A stretch of DNA of 64,000 bases from NCBI GenBank assembly GCA_965248265.1, contig CBDFJF010000002.1:3072001-3136000 (forward strand), given 5' to 3'. Both the position numbers and the translations under genes were made by a program. This stretch comes from Candidatus Latescibacterota bacterium (GTDB lineage Bacteria; Latescibacterota; UBA2968; UBA8231). Below, in pieces: positions 9,319 through 18,557 of this stretch. The notes under the pieces are model-generated. The model was not told the origin of the DNA. It saw nothing but the letters and a program-made list of their open reading frames with translations, and ran no database searches. Position 1 is the stretch's first letter. The number at the start of each line of letters is the position of its first letter.

Positions 9319-11340
9319 TTGGGAGCCTTCAAACTCGAATCGGAGTACCAACCCAAGGGTGATCAGCCCAAGGCGATAGATGAGCTCGTGGAGGGGCTCA
9401 CAAGGGGGGATCCCGCACAGACCCTGCTCGGGGTTACCGGAAGCGGCAAGACGTTTACGATCGCCAACGTCATCGAGCGCGTCGATCGACCTACCCTCGT
9501 CATGTCTCACAACAAGACGTTGGCGGCCCAGTTGTACGGCGAATTCAGCGGTTATTTCCCCGAAAACGCCGTCGAGTACTTCGTCAGCTACTACGACTAC
9601 TACCAACCAGAGGCCTACAAGCCCAGCACCGACACCTATATCGAGAAGGAGATCGATCTCAACGAGGAGATTGAACGCCTGCGGCTCAAGGCGATGAGTG
9701 CCTTGCTCGAACGCCGGGATGTCATCATCGTGGCCACTGTGTCCTGCATCTACGGCCTGGGATCACCGCAGGAGTTTGCTGAGCAGAAGCTGCACTTGAG
9801 CATCGGCCAACAGGTGGAGAGGGATGCCATCCTGCGCAAGCTCATCAAGGTCTACTACAGCCGCAATGACCTGGAACTGAAGCGGGGCCATTTCAGGGTT
9901 CGCGGCGATATCATCGAGATCGTTCCGGCGTCTGATGATCGGGCCATACGTATTGAGCTGTTCGGAGATGAGGTCGAATCGTTGTCACTGATTGACGCGG
10001 TCTCCGGGGCTGTACTGGAAAAACGCGAGGAGGTCGTTCTGTATCCGGCCAAGGAGTACGTGACTGACGACGACAAGATCGAAAGGGCCTGTGAGGGCAT
10101 TCTGATGGAGCTCGAGGGTCGTCGGATGGACCTCCAGGAGGAGGAGAAGCTGGTAGAAGCCCACCGGATAGAAACGCGGACGAAGTACGATGTCGAGATG
10201 ATCAGGGAGATCGGTTACTGCCCCGGCATCGAGAACTATTCCCGCTACATGGACGGACGGGAACCGGGCGTTGCACCCTTCGTGCTGCTCGACTACTTCC
10301 CTGAGGATTTCCTGCTGGTCGTCGACGAATCGCACCAGACCATTCCGCAGAGCCGAGGTATGTGGAGGGGCGACCGCTCGCGCAAGGACATGCTGGTTGA
10401 GCATGGATTTCGACTGCCCTCGGCGTACGACAACCGGCCCCTGTTCTTCGAGGAGTTCGAAGCCCGGACGGGACAAACCATCTATCTCTCAGCCACCCCT
10501 TCAAAGTATGAATTCGAAAAGTCAGAGGGCGTCGTCGTGGAGCAGGTCAATCGGCCGACAGGGCTGGTCGATCCGGAGATCATCATCAAGCCACTCGGCA
10601 ACCAGGTGGATGACCTGATGGAGGAGATCCGCATCCGGGCACAAAAAAAGGAACGCGTCCTGGTCACGACGCTGACCAAGCGGATGGCGGAAAAACTCAC
10701 CGACTACCTGAGCCAGAACGGCCTGCGGGTGCGCTATCTGCACTCAGAGATCGATACGCTGGAACGAGTCAGCATTCTCCGCGACCTCAGGTTGGGGGAA
10801 TACGACACGCTCATTGGGGTAAACCTGCTGCGAGAGGGGTTGGACCTGCCGGAAGTTTCCCTCGTCGCTATCCTGGACGCGGACAAGGAGGGGTTCTTGC
10901 GTTCAGAGCAGGCGCTGATTCAGAACGTCGGGCGGGCGGCCAGGAACGCCTCCGGAAAGGTCATCTTCTACGCGGACAAGATCACCAATTCGATGCGGCG
11001 GGCCATGGATGAAACTGACCGTCGTCGAAAGATTCAAGCGGAATACAACGCTGAACACGGCATCGTGCCCGAAACGATTTACCGCACGACGGAAGAAATC
11101 ATGCAGGCGACGTCCGTCCTTGAAACCGCCAGAGATCCGGTTATGTACGCCGCCGAAGAGTCGACGCAGGCGGACTACAGTGCCGACACGGAAGTTGATG
11201 ATCTGATTGAGCAGCTCGAAAAGAAGATGAAGGAGGCCGCCGCTGCGTTGGAGTTCGAGCGGGCAGCGCAATTGCGGGATGAGGTCGATCGGCTCAGGGC
11301 AGGAGGGAAGGGTGGCGGCAAGGGCAAGAAGGCGGGCTGA
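9319..11340 (+). CDS. uvrB: Excinuclease ABC subunit B (start uncertain; TTG 9319 preferred over 9229)
   Basis: [40 protein letters not shown] and a C-terminal UVR coiled coil ([11 protein letters not shown]). Confidence 0.98.
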   Translation: MGAFKLESEYQPKGDQPKAIDELVEGLTRGDPAQTLLGVTGSGKTFTIANVIERVDRPTLVMSHNKTLAAQLYGEFSGYFPENAVEYFVSYYDYYQPEAYKPSTDTYIEKEIDLNEEIERLRLKAMSALLERRDVIIVATVSCIYGLGSPQEFAEQKLHLSIGQQVERDAILRKLIKVYYSRNDLELKRGHFRVRGDIIEIVPASDDRAIRIELFGDEVESLSLIDAVSGAVLEKREEVVLYPAKEYVTDDDKIERACEGILMELEGRRMDLQEEEKLVEAHRIETRTKYDVEMIREIGYCPGIENYSRYMDGREPGVAPFVLLDYFPEDFLLVVDESHQTIPQSRGMWRGDRSRKDMLVEHGFRLPSAYDNRPLFFEEFEARTGQTIYLSATPSKYEFEKSEGVVVEQVNRPTGLVDPEIIIKPLGNQVDDLMEEIRIRAQKKERVLVTTLTKRMAEKLTDYLSQNGLRVRYLHSEIDTLERVSILRDLRLGEYDTLIGVNLLREGLDLPEVSLVAILDADKEGFLRSEQALIQNVGRAARNASGKVIFYADKITNSMRRAMDETDRRRKIQAEYNAEHGIVPETIYRTTEEIMQATSVLETARDPVMYAAEESTQADYSADTEVDDLIEQLEKKMKEAAAALEFERAAQLRDEVDRLRAGGKGGGKGKKAG

Positions 11341-11366
11341 CCCATGGGGCCGGACTCATAACGACG

Positions 11367-11410
11367 ACGACGGCAGATAGGGACGTGATCCGTCCGCCAC
11401 CTGCCGTCGT
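11367..11410. terminator. Hairpin between the convergent uvrB and MerR-REC genes
   Basis: Outer stem ACGACGGCAG / CTGCCGTCGT with inner GGACG/CGTCC. The U-tracts are weak. Confidence 0.45.
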
Positions 11411-11440
11411 GAAATTGGTGTGATGTTTCTTGGCTGACGC

Positions 11441-12142
11441 CTAGGCCGTCACCTGCTGCCCACGACGCATGACCATCTTGATCCGTGCGCTCAACTCCTC
11501 CAGGTCGAAGGGCTTCTCGACGTAGTCATCCGCGCCAAATTCAATTCCCTTCACTTTCTGGGGAGTCGTGTTCAGGGCCGTGATCATGATGATGGGGATC
11601 ACGGAGGTGATCGGGTTGCCTTTCAGGGTCTGGCACACCTGATAACCGTCTACCTTGGGCAGCCTGAGATCGAGCAGGATCAGGTCGGGTTTTTCGGTAA
11701 AGGCTTTAGCCAGGGCTTCCTCGCCATCGCCAGCTTCTGCGATAACGAAGCCTTTGGTCTCCAGGAACTCTCCGACGCTGAGTCGAACCTCCTCCTCATC
11801 GTCGACGATGAGTACGCGGGGAGGCCGGTTCGAGTCCGCCCCCGGGCTGCCTGGAGCAGGCATTCCAGAGCCAGGTTGACCCGTCATCGTGGCAGGCATC
11901 AGATCCTGTCTGGCCGCGGTGAGCTGGTCGGCGATCTGTGACAGAGATAGTCCCTTGAGGCGAAGATCTCTGAGGCGTTCGCGGATCTTGAGGATCTCAT
12001 CCTTGTCGAACAGATCCTTGTTACCCCGTTTATCAGTAACCCTTATGATTCCGAAGTTCTTGTACTTTCGGATGGATTCGACCGACTTACCGAGTGTTTC
12101 CGCAACTTCTTTAATATCAATAAGTTGTTCACTAATTGGCAT
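11441..12142 (-). CDS. MerR-type HTH fused to a C-terminal response-regulator receiver
   Basis: IKEVAETLGKSVESIRKYKNFGII…GLSLSQI HTH, a P/G-rich linker, then receiver motifs VDDE, LLDLRLP, KPF. ATG 12142 has a GAGGAG RBS. Confidence 0.85.
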   Translation of the reverse strand: MPISEQLIDIKEVAETLGKSVESIRKYKNFGIIRVTDKRGNKDLFDKDEILKIRERLRDLRLKGLSLSQIADQLTAARQDLMPATMTGQPGSGMPAPGSPGADSNRPPRVLIVDDEEEVRLSVGEFLETKGFVIAEAGDGEEALAKAFTEKPDLILLDLRLPKVDGYQVCQTLKGNPITSVIPIIMITALNTTPQKVKGIEFGADDYVEKPFDLEELSARIKMVMRRGQQVTA

Positions 12143-12268
12143 GGCGTGTCTCCTCGCAGACTTCCGGTTCCCGGGGAGCCAGGGCCACCGCAGCATACGC
12201 AATGGATGTAAGTATTATTTTGGACACTACCCGGATGGCAACCCTACCCAATGTATTGGCTCTGTAGA

Positions 12269-12298
12269 ATTATACCAAATAGTAGTGTTTGACGTCAA
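12269..12298 (-). promoter_or_regulatory. Sigma70 promoter of the MerR-REC gene
   Basis: Minus strand TTGACG-N18-TATAAT with extended -10 TG. The -35 lies inside the palindrome TTGACGTCAA (12289-12298). Confidence 0.6.
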
Positions 12299-12398
12299 GT
12301 CATTGCTCGTAAGTATTATCGGCAGGTAAGGGCCTTTGTTTAGTTTTTGCGGGCATTTAGCATCAATCGGACTCTCCGTCATCGTCAGGTGATTCAGA

Positions 12399-12427
12399 TT
12401 GACTGGGCGGTTGTGCCTGATTAAATT
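12399..12427 (+). promoter_or_regulatory. Sigma70-like promoter of the ABC ATPase gene
   Basis: TTGACT-N17-TAAATT. Confidence 0.45.
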
Positions 12428-12521
12428 GAAGGCCGCTTAACAAGACACCACCTCAATTCGGTCGCGAGGCTTTTCGTCGCTTCGCGGTTTGCCCTCTTAA
12501 GTCAGTGAACTAAAACAGGTT

Positions 12522-13277
12522 ATGTCCGAGAGCAACGGCAGGGTCATAGTCGATGTCCAGGACGTCCGGATGGTGTACAATGCCAAGAACCGGGATGAAT
12601 CGACGCATGTACACGCACTGAGGGGATTGACCTTACAGGTCCATCAGCAGGAGTTCTTCGCCATCATGGGTCCCTCAGGCTCAGGTAAGAGCACTCTTTT
12701 CAATCAGATCGGCGCCCTGCAAACGCCTACCTCTGGTGAAGTTCTGATCGAAGGGGTCAATCTCGCGGCACTTTCCCCCAAGCAGCTGGCCGCCGTGAGA
12801 TGCTTCGAACTCGGATACATCTTCCAGACCTACAACCTGCTGCCGGTGATGAGTGCACTAATGAACGTGGCGCTGCCGACGATCTTCGCGGGAATGAGCA
12901 CGGCGGAGGGCGAAAAGCGGGCGATGGAGTGTCTGGAGATCGTCGGACTGGATGATCGGGCCCACCATATACCCTCCGAACTCAGCGGCGGGCAGCAGCA
13001 GCGTGTGGCCATCGCCAGGGCGTTCGTGAACAAACCGCGGATCATCCTGGCTGATGAGCCGACCGGCAACCTGGACAGCAACACGGGCCAGGAAATCATC
13101 AATTATATGAAGACGCTGAACGAAGAGACCGGGACCACCATCATCACGGTCACCCACGACGACAAGATGCTCACGGCCGCCGACCGCATGGGCTGGATTC
13201 GAGATGGCCAGTTAGAGCGGATCGCCCTGCGCGACGAGATCGACATCCGCATGGGCAGCATCAAAGAGCAGGCATAG
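12522..13277 (+). CDS. ABC transporter ATP-binding protein (LolD/MacB-like), no adjacent permease
   Basis: [37 protein letters not shown]. Confidence 0.92.
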   Translation: MSESNGRVIVDVQDVRMVYNAKNRDESTHVHALRGLTLQVHQQEFFAIMGPSGSGKSTLFNQIGALQTPTSGEVLIEGVNLAALSPKQLAAVRCFELGYIFQTYNLLPVMSALMNVALPTIFAGMSTAEGEKRAMECLEIVGLDDRAHHIPSELSGGQQQRVAIARAFVNKPRIILADEPTGNLDSNTGQEIINYMKTLNEETGTTIITVTHDDKMLTAADRMGWIRDGQLERIALRDEIDIRMGSIKEQA

Positions 13278-13309
13278 ACGAACAGGGCGGGCGCCCCCGT
13301 CGGCCTGTC

Positions 13310-14230
13310 TTACCCACGATTTTTTCGCTTCAATCCCTCTTGCAGGAATAGATCCCGGTTCCGGAAGCCGCTGGCCAGGGTAAATCCTCCGTCCACGGCA
13401 ACCAGCTGGCCGGTCATGAACGGGATGTTGGCGAAGGCGTAGGCCGCCTCGGCGATTTCGTCCGGAGTGCCGATGCGCTGAATAGGCTGTGCACCGCCAA
13501 CGGCCATCAGTTCGTAGGTCTGTGCCACGGTCAGTTCCTCTCCCGACTGCGGATCCACGATGCCGGAGGGCCGATCCGTGAGCGGGGTATCGACTACACC
13601 CGGTCGCAGGGCGTTAACGGTGACATTGTAGCGCCCGCCCTCGAGTGCAGCGCCGGTGACCAGATGGTTGACCGCGGCCTTGCTGACGCCGTAGGGGATT
13701 CGTGTGGATTCGGGAGCCACATCGAAAATGGAGGTTATGAAGAGTATGCTGCGATGTGCTGCAGGGCCGCGCTGACTTGCGTGCTCGCTCTTCGCCTGTT
13801 CGATCATGCGTTGGAGTGAACGCTGCCCCAGGCGGTAGGCTCCCATCAAATTGAGCGACAGCACTTGCTCCATCTCGGCATCGAGGTGCTCGATGGGGGT
13901 TTCGTCGAAGCGATGACGCACGAGCTCGCCGGAACTGTCACGCAGGTAGTTGGCGACGCCGCTGTTGCTGACGGTTACGTCGAGGCGGCCGAAGTGATCG
14001 TAGGCCGCGTCCACGAGTCGGTGGGGTTCGTCGCGTTGGGAGAGGTCAGCTCCGACCACGAGGGTCTCAACACCGTGTGTGTCGCGAATCTGTTGCGCCA
14101 CAGCCTCGGCGCGATCGGCGCCTGAATTGTAGTTGATGACGACGTCGTAGCCCTGGCGGGCGAAGGTTCGAACGGTCGCTGCGCCGATGCCGCTACTGGA
14201 TCCCGAGACCAGACAGACCAGGTTAGACAA
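13310..14230 (-). CDS. SDR-family oxidoreductase
   Basis: SGSSSGIG, catalytic YGVSK, VNALRPG and TGQLVAVDGG. TTG start. Confidence 0.88.
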   Translation of the reverse strand: MSNLVCLVSGSSSGIGAATVRTFARQGYDVVINYNSGADRAEAVAQQIRDTHGVETLVVGADLSQRDEPHRLVDAAYDHFGRLDVTVSNSGVANYLRDSSGELVRHRFDETPIEHLDAEMEQVLSLNLMGAYRLGQRSLQRMIEQAKSEHASQRGPAAHRSILFITSIFDVAPESTRIPYGVSKAAVNHLVTGAALEGGRYNVTVNALRPGVVDTPLTDRPSGIVDPQSGEELTVAQTYELMAVGGAQPIQRIGTPDEIAEAAYAFANIPFMTGQLVAVDGGFTLASGFRNRDLFLQEGLKRKNRG

Positions 14231-14325
14231 GGCGGCTTCAGTTTCTCATGGATGGGTGAGAAAGTAGCAACGAATGCGATCTCCTCGACAGCGGATGGGC
14301 CTGAGTCGGGCGCTGGTGGTTGGTT

Positions 14326-15360
14326 CTAGGGCGTCAGTACGACCTTCAGTGCTTCCAGGTTTTCCGCAGCCGCGAACCCCTGTTCCCATTCGGACAGCGG
14401 TAAGCGATGCGTGATAATCGGCTCCACGTCGATCTTGCCGTCGGCGATCATCCAGATCGTCTTGTCCCAGCTCGAATACCCTGTCGACAGATTGAAGTAG
14501 AGGGTCGCAACCTTGGTGATGCCGACATCCCAGTCCAATTCCACGGGTCGGTTTCCGGTGAGTCCGATCGCACAGATTCGACCCCACCGTCGCACCAGGT
14601 GGAGGGTTTGGGCGATCGCCTGCGGCGCTCCAGAGCACTCGACTACCAGGTCTGCTCCGACGCCGTCAGTCAATTCCAGACATTTCTCCAGGGGATCTTC
14701 TTTGCCGAAATTGACCACATGATCGACGCCCAGCCTGCGTGCCGCAGGCAGGCGCAGATCCTCGTCCGCGGGCGCGCCGATCATCATCACTTCCCTGGCT
14801 CCCGCTACTTTGGCTGTCTGAGCAGCCAGCAGGCCGATCGGACCCGGCCCCTGCACGACGACGAAATCGCCCACTTCGATTGCCTGCCGGTCGATGATAT
14901 GGCTGACCGTGTTCGCAGCCGGCTCGACGAGGGAGGCGTGCTCGAACGGCATGTGTTCGGGGATTCGGTGCAGTAGATGGGTAGGGTATTTCAGGTATTT
15001 GGTGAACGCCCCGTCGATGCCGCTGCCAGGCGGACGCTTGTCCACACAGTTCTGAATGTAGCCCCGCCGGCACAGTGAGCACTTGCCGCAGTGCAAGGTA
15101 TGCGGCTCTCCTACGACCCGGTCTCCGACTTGCCAGTCATCGATATTCTTACCGGTCTCGACGATTTCGCCAGCAAACTCGTGGCCCAGGATGACAGGAG
15201 GCCAGTTGGGGAAGGTATCGTGCTTGAGATGAATATCTGAACCGCAGATGCCCGTCGCTTTGACCTCGATCAGAACTTCATCGTCCGTGATCGACGGCTC
15301 AGGCACGTCGCGCAATTCAAGATGCCCCTCGCCCTTCGCTGTTTTGACAAGCGCCAACAT
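14326..15360 (-). CDS. Zn-dependent alcohol dehydrogenase (threonine/sorbitol/butanediol dehydrogenase-like)
   Basis: GICGSD, GHE, C-x2-C-x2-C-x7-C, GPGPIG. Confidence 0.9.
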   Translation of the reverse strand: MLALVKTAKGEGHLELRDVPEPSITDDEVLIEVKATGICGSDIHLKHDTFPNWPPVILGHEFAGEIVETGKNIDDWQVGDRVVGEPHTLHCGKCSLCRRGYIQNCVDKRPPGSGIDGAFTKYLKYPTHLLHRIPEHMPFEHASLVEPAANTVSHIIDRQAIEVGDFVVVQGPGPIGLLAAQTAKVAGAREVMMIGAPADEDLRLPAARRLGVDHVVNFGKEDPLEKCLELTDGVGADLVVECSGAPQAIAQTLHLVRRWGRICAIGLTGNRPVELDWDVGITKVATLYFNLSTGYSSWDKTIWMIADGKIDVEPIITHRLPLSEWEQGFAAAENLEALKVVLTP

Positions 15361-15404
15361 GACGAACCCCCGCTGCCGACGAGATCAGTTCCTGATCGAC
15401 GTGG

Positions 15405-16385
15405 TCAGTTCCTGATAGACTGAACCACCTCGACGACGCGGTCGACGTCCGGAATGGTGGGCATCTCCAGGGGCGGACTGAACGGTACCGGAATCTCGGC
15501 GGCGCCCACGCGTTTCACAGGGGCATCCAGGTAGTCGAAGGCCTCTTCGCTGACAAGGGCGACGAGCTCGCCGGTCACGCCGTAGCGCAGCACGCCTTCG
15601 TCGACGACGACGGCGTAGCCGGTTTTGCGGACGGACTCGATGAGAGTCTCCTTGTCGAGCGGGAACAGGGTGCGTGGATCGACGACTTCGGCGCTTACTC
15701 CCAGGGCTTCCAGCCGTTCCGCCGCTTCCAGGCACACTCCCACCATGCTGGATGTCGCGATCAGGGATACGTCGGTGCCGCTGCGCTTGATTTCAGCCAC
15801 ACCGAACGGAATCGCGAGATCCTCGTCGGGGACCGGGCCGACGTCGTTGTACATCATCTTGTCCTCGAAAACGACCACGGGATTGTCGTCGCGGATGGCC
15901 GTCTTGAGCAATCCCTTGGCGTCTCGCGGACAGGAAGGGATCGCTACCTTGAGTCCCGGGATGTGGGCGTACATGCTGTGGAAGCTCTGCGAGTGCTGTG
16001 CTGCAGAAGATCGACCTGCACCCATGGTGGTGCGGATCGTCAAGGGCACCGTGGCCTGTCCACCCGTCATGTAACGGATTTTCGCGGCTTGATTGATCAG
16101 TTGGTCCATCGTCAGGAGCGAGAAGTCGCCGAACATGATTTCGGCGATCGGCCGCATGCCCGTCATCGCGGCGCCCACGGTCATGCCGACGTAGCCGGCC
16201 TCCGATATCGGCGAGTCGATGACCCGCTCCGGACCAAACTCGTCCAGCATGCCATCACTGCATTTGAAAATCCCGCCTGATCCAGCGACGTCTTCGCCAA
16301 CCAGAAAGACGGTCTCATCGCGGCGCATCTCTTCGGTCATGGCTAGCCCAACCGCTTCGCGGTAGGTGATATCGACGTCAGGCAT
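15405..16385 (-). CDS. 2-oxoacid/acetoin dehydrogenase E1 beta subunit
   Basis: GEDV, DSPISE, AEIMFGDF, AAQHSQ. The ATG overlaps the end of the alpha gene. Confidence 0.92.
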   Translation of the reverse strand: MPDVDITYREAVGLAMTEEMRRDETVFLVGEDVAGSGGIFKCSDGMLDEFGPERVIDSPISEAGYVGMTVGAAMTGMRPIAEIMFGDFSLLTMDQLINQAAKIRYMTGGQATVPLTIRTTMGAGRSSAAQHSQSFHSMYAHIPGLKVAIPSCPRDAKGLLKTAIRDDNPVVVFEDKMMYNDVGPVPDEDLAIPFGVAEIKRSGTDVSLIATSSMVGVCLEAAERLEALGVSAEVVDPRTLFPLDKETLIESVRKTGYAVVVDEGVLRYGVTGELVALVSEEAFDYLDAPVKRVGAAEIPVPFSPPLEMPTIPDVDRVVEVVQSIRN

Positions 16386-17439
16386 AAACATCCTCGTAGG
16401 CTTGTTCGGGGGCCGGCAGTGGGGCGTTGCGTCCGAACTCAACCGCGTTCACGACTTCCTCCTCCACCTTCTCCTCCAGCGTGTCGAGCCGGCCCTGAGT
16501 GGCCAGCTTCGATGCAATCAAATGGCTGCCGAGCTTGCTGATGGGGTCCTTGTTCTCCATCCACCAGTCCAGCTCCTCCTTGGTCCGGTAATTGCCTCCA
16601 TCGCCCACGTGGTGGCCACGGAAGCGGTAGGTGACGGCCTCCACGAAAGTGGGCCCGTCACCCCGACGGGCCTTTTCCACTGCCGTTGAAATCACGTCAT
16701 ACATTTCGAGCACGTCCGATCCGTCTGCTTGCACGCCTTCGATGCCAACGCCGGATGCACGCTCAACAATGTGCTCCACCCCGGTGACCGTGTTCATGGG
16801 TGTGTGTTCGCCGTATTGATTGTTCTCGCACAAATAGATCACCGGGAGCTTCCAGATGGAAGCCATGTTGCCCGTTTCCAGTAACAAACCCTGATTGGCG
16901 GCGCCGTCACCGAAAAAGCAGACGGCGACCTGGTCCGTGCCGCGCATCTTCGCCGACCAGGCGGCACCGGTGGCGATGCCGAAGCTGCCGCCGACGATGG
17001 CGTTGGCCCCGAGGTTACCCCCTGACATGTCGGCGATATGCATGGACCCGCCTTTGCCGCGGCAATAGCCGGATTCCTTGCCCATGATTTCCGCCATCAT
17101 CTTGTCCAGGTCGGCACCCTTGGCAAGGCAATGACCGTGGCCACGGTGGGTGCTGGTGATGTAGTCGTCGTTGCGCAAGGCCGCGCACGCACCCACTGCC
17201 ACGGCCTCTTCGCCAATGTACAGATGGGCCAGACCCGGCATCAGTCCACGTGTGTAGACGTCCCAGACGTGCTCCTCGAATTTGCGGATCTCTATCATCT
17301 TGCGGTACATCCAATGGAGCCTGTCCGCGTCCGGTGTCGCGCCGCGGGCAGCTGTCTTTCTCGCCGCTGCAGGCTTGCGCCCGCTAGCGGTTTTCTTCCT
17401 GGCCGCGGATTTCTTCGATGTTTTTTTCCTTGTCGCCAT
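16378..17439 (-). CDS. 2-oxoacid/acetoin dehydrogenase E1 alpha subunit with a Lys/Ala-rich N-terminal tail
   Basis: HLYIGEEA, THRGHGH, GKGGSMH, TPP motif GDGA…NN and YRFRGH. Confidence 0.92.
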   Translation of the reverse strand: MATRKKTSKKSAARKKTASGRKPAAARKTAARGATPDADRLHWMYRKMIEIRKFEEHVWDVYTRGLMPGLAHLYIGEEAVAVGACAALRNDDYITSTHRGHGHCLAKGADLDKMMAEIMGKESGYCRGKGGSMHIADMSGGNLGANAIVGGSFGIATGAAWSAKMRGTDQVAVCFFGDGAANQGLLLETGNMASIWKLPVIYLCENNQYGEHTPMNTVTGVEHIVERASGVGIEGVQADGSDVLEMYDVISTAVEKARRGDGPTFVEAVTYRFRGHHVGDGGNYRTKEELDWWMENKDPISKLGSHLIASKLATQGRLDTLEEKVEEEVVNAVEFGRNAPLPAPEQAYEDVYA

Positions 17440-17556
17440 AACCGCTCAGTCTGTGTGGTAACGGGTAGATTCGATAGGGGAGCGCAGGACAAACGAAGAT
17501 AGATCCTGACGCTGTATCGTCAAGATGATACTGAAGCCGCGAGGCCCTACGACACC

Positions 17557-17583
17557 AAAAAAGCAGCGGCATCGCCGCTGCTT
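17557..17583 (-). terminator. Intrinsic terminator after the ferredoxin gene
   Basis: AAGCAGCGGC-ATC-GCCGCTGCTT hairpin followed by a T-run on the minus strand. Confidence 0.8.
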
Positions 17584-17615
17584 CAGTCACCGCCGAGGCG
17601 CATACTCAACCGTGC

Positions 17616-17873
17616 TCAGGCATTCTTCTCTTTGAAGTATTTAGCGTTGATCTCTAAATAGTTGTTCCACTCTTCGGGCAGGTCTTCTTCAGCGAAGATG
17701 GCTTCGACCGGGCATTCCGGTTCGCAAGCCCCGCAGTCGATGCACTCATCCGGGTCGATGTAGAGCATGTTGACGCCTTCGCCGTCCGTGGGATGAATGC
17801 AGTCCACCGGGCACACCTCGACGCACGCCTTGTCCTTCACATCGATGCAGGGTTCCGCGATGATGTACGTCAT
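17616..17873 (-). CDS. Ferredoxin (FdxA-like dicluster type)
   Basis: [20 protein letters not shown] and [13 protein letters not shown]. Confidence 0.95.
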   Translation of the reverse strand: MTYIIAEPCIDVKDKACVEVCPVDCIHPTDGEGVNMLYIDPDECIDCGACEPECPVEAIFAEEDLPEEWNNYLEINAKYFKEKNA

Positions 17874-17964
17874 CTCTTCTTCCTATTACCCCTTCTTGAA
17901 GGTTAAGCTCTCGGCTTCAGTCATATAAAACAACGGGAGTTCGCGCTGTCAAGCGGTGGGCCGC

Positions 17965-18537
17965 TCACGCGGTCACTTTCTCCAAAAGCGTCGACACGCT
18001 CTCCTGTTTCTGAGAGTTGACGCGTATGGAAAAACGATCCTTCTCGCCTTGCTGGCGCTCGATCTTAAACTGCTCGCCATATAGCTGCGTCAGCACTGTT
18101 TCGAGGTCCGGCCGGATAGCTTCCAAGGTGTCGTCGTCGTTGGTAGCATGGAGTCGGTCGTTGACGACGAGCCAACACTGGTCGCCCCTGAAGTGCACCT
18201 TGCCATTAAGCTCATCCTCCTGCTCCAACCGCACGCAGGTCTTGAGTGCCCTGACGAAGGCATCCCGGATGCGCTCAGCCCCCGTCCCACTCACCGGTTG
18301 CTTACGGGCGTACATCACCCCCATGCGTCCGTCGGTGTTGTCGAGACTGTAGTTGGCCTCATGTCCGACCAGCAGCGTCTGCGGGCCATGAGGCAGGTGA
18401 CTGTAGTCGGCGACGTCGATGAGGGTCTCGTCCGTCGTTTGCGGGATCCAGGTGTTGAAGATCCGAAAGGCGTCCTTGGAGGAAATGGAGCCCTCATCCT
18501 CGAGGTACAGTTTGACGTTCAGGCGCTGAAGATCCAT
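17965..18537 (-). CDS. Hypothetical protein, co-oriented with the reductase and ferredoxin
   Basis: 190-aa ORF with GGTAAG upstream, 20 nt after the reductase stop. Natural composition (LIDVADYSH…LLVGHEANYSLD); no domain recognised. Confidence 0.7.
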   Translation of the reverse strand: MDLQRLNVKLYLEDEGSISSKDAFRIFNTWIPQTTDETLIDVADYSHLPHGPQTLLVGHEANYSLDNTDGRMGVMYARKQPVSGTGAERIRDAFVRALKTCVRLEQEDELNGKVHFRGDQCWLVVNDRLHATNDDDTLEAIRPDLETVLTQLYGEQFKIERQQGEKDRFSIRVNSQKQESVSTLLEKVTA

Positions 18538-18557
18538 GTATTCTGCTTACCTACCGT

